Positions 54,181 through 54,442 of a DNA stretch of 54,442 bases are shown in pieces; position 1 is the first letter of the stretch; the number at the start of each line of letters is the position of its first letter. The position numbers and the translations under genes were made by a program. Under the pieces are notes generated by a model. That model saw only the letters and a program-made list of their open reading frames with translations, was not told the origin of the DNA and searched no databases. Source of the DNA: a bacterium (GTDB lineage Bacteria; Patescibacteriota; Patescibacteriia; Magasanikbacterales; GWA2-37-8); contig JAKANM010000001.1 of assembly GCA_021812425.1 (NCBI GenBank), positions 1-54,442 of the forward strand, read 5' to 3'.

Positions 54181-54442
54181 CGGTTTCGTGTCTAGTTGAT
54201 TTTGACCAGCGATTTGCCCTTAGAATGAGGATAAATCGCTGGTCGGATCATCGTTGGTCCGACCTTACCCGACCGGGATCGACCGGTCAAACACCCAATG
54301 AGGGCACATGACCACAGGACCCCCGATGCGCAGCTGCATCACGGCACCGAAATAAGATCGACCTCGACGCCGGCAACCCGCGCGAAGGAGAGCCATGAAA
54401 GGAATGTGCACTAGGCTGCGGCCCTAGTAAGCATGCAACTCG

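Noticed and set aside
54380-54442. Possible 5' end of a 16S rRNA gene at the window edge
   Set aside because: Only a loose resemblance to the ...CCTAA.ACATGCAAGTCG segment. The near-universal GTTTGATCCTGGCTCAG is absent. The region is kept only as an unresolved structured-RNA lead.
1-54442. Mobile elements, CRISPR-Cas, restriction-modification, toxin-antitoxin or other known defence modules
   Set aside because: No transposase, integrase, Cas, RT, nuclease-helicase or TA-like ORF was recognised in any frame. The lone methyltransferase (52468-53073) looks like a small-molecule or RNA Methyltransf_11 type, not a DNA MTase with a partner nuclease.

Overview
54.4-kb window from an AT-leaning, small-genome bacterium. 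The gene content resembles Candidate Phyla Radiation / Patescibacteria genomes; this is inference from content, not a database hit. Supporting features are class III RNR, ComEC, nucleotide-salvage enzymes, a giant LTD-bearing surface protein and many short stand-alone cassettes. I support about 50 protein genes, mostly housekeeping: PMM/PGM, lemA-htpX, rseP, pheST, dnaE, tsaD, guaB, nrdDG, pyrD, lexA plus a UmuC-like polymerase, PNP, HU, rny, truB, infB, trxA, fpg, leuS and comEC. There are two tRNAs, CAU and Glu-UUC, and many sigma70-consensus promoters and intrinsic terminators that can be read directly. No rRNA, CRISPR array, transposase or recognisable defence system was seen. The best leads are architectural oddities inside core genes. 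(1) A complete Nudix domain is inserted in-frame in LeuRS. (2) NrdD is split, with its glycyl-radical domain on a separate 65-aa ORF that is translationally coupled to nrdG. (3) An otherwise intact fpg has ACG where the ATG before the catalytic Pro should be. (4) A tRNA(CAU) ends 3 nt before the tsaD start codon. (5) An ~80-nt terminator-bearing repeat with a compensatory stem change flanks a Cys-rich orphan gene. (6) Several hairpin-dense or GC-rich non-coding stretches may be undescribed RNAs. All coordinates and translations were done by eye; no HMM, BLAST or folding calculation was run.
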